From NCBI RefSeq assembly GCF_000143415.4, contig NW_003314572.1, positions 1 through 11,532 of the forward strand: a stretch of DNA of 11,532 nucleotides, read 5' to 3'. The notes beneath the pieces were generated by a model, which was given only the letters and a program-made list of their open reading frames with translations, was not told the DNA's origin and searched no databases. The position numbers and the translations under genes were made by a program. This DNA is from Selaginella moellendorffii. Lineage: Eukaryota; Plantae; Lycopodiophyta. Each line of letters begins with the position of its first letter. Positions within the stretch are counted from its first letter, which is position 1. Positions 7,915 to 11,532 of this stretch are shown here, one piece after another.

Positions 7915-8186
7915 GATCACAATGCTTCTAGGAGTTTTGGGTTTGGTGGTTCAGAATCGTGTTCTTCGTTCCCTACGTCGCAGCGTCGCGCAGTGTTTCT
8001 TGCCAAGAAAAATGAAAAGTCGCTGTTAGACTCCGCAAACCATTACTAAACAATACCTCACACATGGTCACATTGCAGTGCCGCATTGAATAGCAATTAG
8101 CGTTGAAACAGTCCCGACGAGACAATTTCCTGGCATTACTAAAACTCAACGATGAACAGCGGCACAAACTATTCCTTATCAGCTGT
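7915..8186 (+). pseudogene. Deletion-collapsed relic of an RLK paralog ectodomain-to-juxtamembrane region
   Basis: Collinear remnants: ITMLL (cf. TIMLL), ggagttttgg (cf. ggagtttcgg, WSFG), QCFLP (cf. KCFLP), ctccgcaaac (cf. ctccacaaat, STNY), YLTHGH (cf. FLTHGD), WHY (cf. WHC), KLFLI (cf. QLSLM). Confidence 0.65.
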
Positions 8187-8298
8187 GTAAACGCGAACGA
8201 ATAAATAACTTTAGTCATACGTACTTGCGGAAAGACTTCTTCAAAGCTAATGCTTCGAGTCGCTGGAACTCCCGAGTATGTGAGCGCGCTCTCCAGCA

Positions 8299-10777
8299 AC
8301 GGCTAGCAGAGAGCTGTACTTCCTCGTCTCGTTGGTCTTCATCCTTCGCTCTGCTCAAGCGGCACAGGAATTTCACCACCAAAATAGATGGTCCTTTGTA
8401 TCCGCTTGATCCATACGGTTTGAGTGGCCGCTACGCTGGTTTACGGTCAAATTATAGCGACATAGGTATCAGCAAGGACATGAGTTACCAGGTGTGGATG
8501 CTGAGTTATAACGCTGAAACGCCAAAATCGTTTTTCCTGGCACTCATTGCCATCCTGTGGAAGGCCCGACAGACGAGGCTTGTAGGTGAGAATGCCACTT
8601 TACAATTTACCACAGATGGAGAGCTTAAAGTCGAAGAAGACGGTGATGTCGTATGGTCCACGAAAACTGCAAACAGAGGCGACCGGTGGCTCTGCATTTC
8701 CAATCGCGCAACCATAATGCTCCTGGACGAAAGCGGAAGCAATGTCATCTGGCAAAGCAGCGACGAACCTTCTGATACTGTGCTGTTGCAACGAGCACTT
8801 ACGCCGGGACAAAAGCTCGTAAGTTTCAATAATTCAGAAGACAGCAGCGATGGCCTCTATAGTCTCGTCATGGAGAAAAGCAGGCTGCAACTGTTGTACG
8901 CCTCGCAACCGTATTGGAGTTTCGGTAATATTGGCAGCGGGGAAAACATGTTTGCTGTGTTTTGCTGGCAAAACGATGGTAACGTGTCTCTGGATCTGCG
9001 AGCCAACTTCTCACAGATTGAAACGAAGCATGATGACTTGGGCTTAGTGTTTTCCTGGTCATGTTCCAGTCGAGGTTTAAGAGACCAAGTGATGGAGTTG
9101 CCAATAGATGGGTCACAACTCACGGCCTCCACTTTCATAAAGCTGAAACCGGACGGGGATGTCGTCTTGTACTCCTGGAATTGGACGGGTACAAACTGGA
9201 TAGATTTCTTCAGGTTTTCGACTCTCTTCAAGTGCTTTCTTCCAAGTGGATGTGGAAGATACAGAACCTGCAATTCAGCATCAGGCGCATGCGAGGAAAC
9301 TTGTCCAGATACCTTTGCAAGAAGAGGTGAAGACTGCCAGCCACCATATCCACTAGAGACATGCGAAGACCAGCTCGAGTATCGATTCGTTCGAAGAGAG
9401 GGAGCTGATTACTTCTCCACAAATTATTCCACTCCAGTTCCTGAAGCATCAGTGGAGGCGTGTCAGGGGCGACGTGAGTCGAACTGCACCTGCACGGCGG
9501 CCTTTTATAATGACGGGAGCTGCTTTCTCACGCACGGCGACGTGCAGTCACTCCGATCTGGGAAGTACGTTGCTCTGCTGAAAGTTGCCCGCCCTCGAAA
9601 GGTTTCCAAGACGCAACTCCAGGCCATCACATTGGGAGTACTTGTTCCAACATTGTTCCTGCTGATAGTCTGTCTCGGATGGCACTGCCGGAGGAGAAAT
9701 AAGCATGATGACGACGAGGGAGAAGAAGAAAGCACCTTGCAGCTATCCCTCATGGCGGGTATCCCCAGGCGCTTCAGTTTCCAGGAGCTTGAAGAAGTCA
9801 CAGGGAAGTTCAGCAACTGCCTCGGGAATGGAGGATTCGGAAACGTTTTCAAAGGATTACTTGCCGATGGCACTGAAGTTGCTGTGAAGAAGCTCGAAGG
9901 CTCGAACCAGAAAAGTAAGGACTTTTTTGCGGAAGTTGGAATTCTAGCCAGGACGCACCACTGGAACCTCGTCAAGCTGCTGGGATTCTGTGCGCAAGGG
10001 CCCAGGAAAAGGCTCCTTGTGTACGAGTATATGAAGAATGGCTCCCTAGAGCGGTGGATATTTGAAGACGACAGAATTCCTGGGAATATTTCGTGGAAAC
10101 TTAGATTCAACATCGCAATAGGCACAGCGAGAGGATTGAACTACTTACACGATGACTGTGTTGAAAGGATAATCCACCTGGATCTGAAGCCGGAGAACGT
10201 ACTCCTCGACGATGGTTTCCAGCCGAAGATAGCAGACTTCGGATTGTCCAAGCTCATGGACAGGAAGGAAAGCCAGTTGCAGCTGACGATTACGAGAGGC
10301 ACCCCTGGCTACGTTGCACCGGAGTGTATTCAGGAAGGAACGGTGACTGAAAAAACAGATGTTTTCGGCTTCGGGGTTCTGCTGCTCGAGATCATAACAG
10401 GCTGCAAGAACAGGAACCTCTCAGGCGACTACCTGAAGGACTACTTGTTGGTTAGTAACAGAAACGGTAGTGCCGCTGCTCACCTCTCTGAAGAAGAGAA
10501 CGAAAAGGAAAGATTGAAGAATGTTGCGGCGTTGTGTGTTCGAGACGATCCAAACTTACGGCCCTCGATAAGCAAGGTTATACAGATGATGGAAGGAGTT
10601 ACCGAGCTGCTTGAAGTACCTTTGGAATCGGAGCTGAATTTCTTTTTCGCTTACAGACCCAAAGATCAGCTTAGCAGAACCGCAGCCTCGAACGTGACTT
10701 ATAGGAGTTCTGATAAGTTGCTGAACTCATCTTCCTCGTTTAATGCCTTCTCACAATCTAGCCTGAATGCCCGATGA
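8299..10777 (+). pseudogene. G-type lectin S-receptor-like kinase copy C: 5'-disrupted (ATG>ACG, frameshift after signal peptide) with an intact TM and kinase frame
   Basis: ACG GCT AGC at 8299 is homologous to ATG GCT AGC of A. The signal peptide (T)ASRELYFLVSLVFILRSAQAA is out of frame with the rest because of an ~8-nt deletion at 8365. There is a 14-codon deletion in the lectin domain (FFLALIAILWKA) and a PAN Cys>Arg at 9473-9475. The frame 8366-10777 is open with all kinase motifs. Confidence 0.85.
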
Positions 10778-10879
10778 AATTATACGTTACAACATTGAAC
10801 GAAAAATATACCTTCGTTGATTCGCTACTGCTGAAACTGTTGCGCTAAGCCAAAAACAATGTAGCTGCAATATCATTAA

Positions 10880-11277
10880 ATCATCAACCTCCAAAGAAGA
10901 ACAGTTATATCTTCTCCTATTTGGGTTCCAGAAACTCATAAAGGAAATTCGTCGTCCAAGTCTGTAGAAAAATCGTCAATTAGTACGTGATTCAAAACTA
11001 GAAATTATAAGAAGAAACCGTTTCGAGCTTCGGCTTTCAGCAATAGCAAGCTACAAAAAGAAAAACCTCGCGAAATATCCTGAAAAGCTCCATCAGGAAC
11101 ACAAGAAAAGAGAAAGATTGCCAATCGTCATTGCAATGTGGGGTAAAAAGGCAATATTGAGCTTAAAATCGCAGGTGATCTTGAGAGAAAAGGATGGAGC
11201 TCCCTCATGAGAGTTTCGAAAAGATGCTGAAACTATCAATATCGTTCAAGGATTTGCCACAACACGAGTCCATCTAG
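10880..11277 (+). pseudogene. Degenerate, partly deleted relic of an RLK kinase C-lobe and tail
   Basis: 11088-11120 is 29/33 identical to 7478-7510 (LHQ..KRERL). Other collinear remnants: IINL (cf. IIHL), GFQ..SSK (cf. GFQPKIADFGLSK), IASYKKKNL (cf. ITGCKNRNL), MELPH-ESFEKMLKLSISFK..* (cf. TELPQ...HRSFDKLL..SSSF..*). Confidence 0.8.
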
Positions 11278-11532
11278 AGCACAAAAAAAGGAATAGCAAT
11301 GGACGCGATTCTTAGCTTGAAAACCAAAATTTACCAAACGATGGACAGCGTCCGCCTGGAGCTAACACAGTTGGAGCACAAAAGCAAGCGCATCACAGCG
11401 CGCTCTTCCTCTATCAACGAACAGCGACCAAAGTGTGAGCGTCCATCTAAAGCCAAAGGATTCTTTGTGTAAGCGAAATATACCTCAGATTTCACGGATC
11501 TTCTGTGACGAGCTCCAGCGCCAAGAAAAAGA

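Noticed and set aside
8225-8365. 850-aa ORF start MRKDFFKANASS... as a real N-terminus
   Set aside because: The start is non-ATG (TTG) and runs through the promoter block. The homologous signal peptide is in another frame, starting at ACG 8299.
2332-10125. Recurring antisense or alternate-frame ORFs in A, B and C (e.g. 3643-3990, 6772-7119, 9505-10125)
   Set aside because: They recur only because the sense genes are near-identical paralogs, and their lengths are inconsistent between copies.
2123-10777. Self-incompatibility S-locus (SRK)
   Set aside because: The genes are intronless, non-RD and SD2-like, and no SCR/SP11-like peptide gene is present. SRK is an intron-containing RD kinase of the SD1 group.
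11268-11460. Short direct and inverted repeats (gtccatcta x2; atggac/gtccat) as a MITE or hairpin
   Set aside because: Matches are only 8-10 bp, with no extended terminal inverted repeat or target-site duplication.
1-11532. CRISPR arrays, tRNA/rRNA genes, transposase or RT genes
   Set aside because: None seen; all repeats are explained by RLK paralogy.

Overview
Eukaryotic land-plant DNA. The very compact spacers, a 65-nt GT-AG intron and ~50% GC coding sequence suggest a lycophyte such as Selaginella, but this is an inference. The window holds a tandem array of intronless G-type (bulb) lectin/S-domain receptor-like kinases (signal peptide, B-lectin, EGF, PAN, TM, non-RD Ser/Thr kinase). Copies A (2123-4642) and B (5267-7774) are intact. 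Copy C (8299-10777) has lost its start codon and has a frameshift. An LPR1-like (CotA/bilirubin-oxidase-type) multicopper oxidase gene lies head-to-head with A, only 150 bp away; it has an in-frame stop and is cut off before its last copper motif. At 270-271 the oxidase 3' end is fused tail-to-tail with a kinase-less copy of RLK-C (268/271 nt identical to 9508-9778), which is the signature of a recent ~9.5 kb tandem segmental duplication breakpoint. All three spacers after the RLK genes look like collinear, deletion-collapsed relics of further RLK paralogs. Copy A is a gene-conversion mosaic of B-like and C-like tracts.
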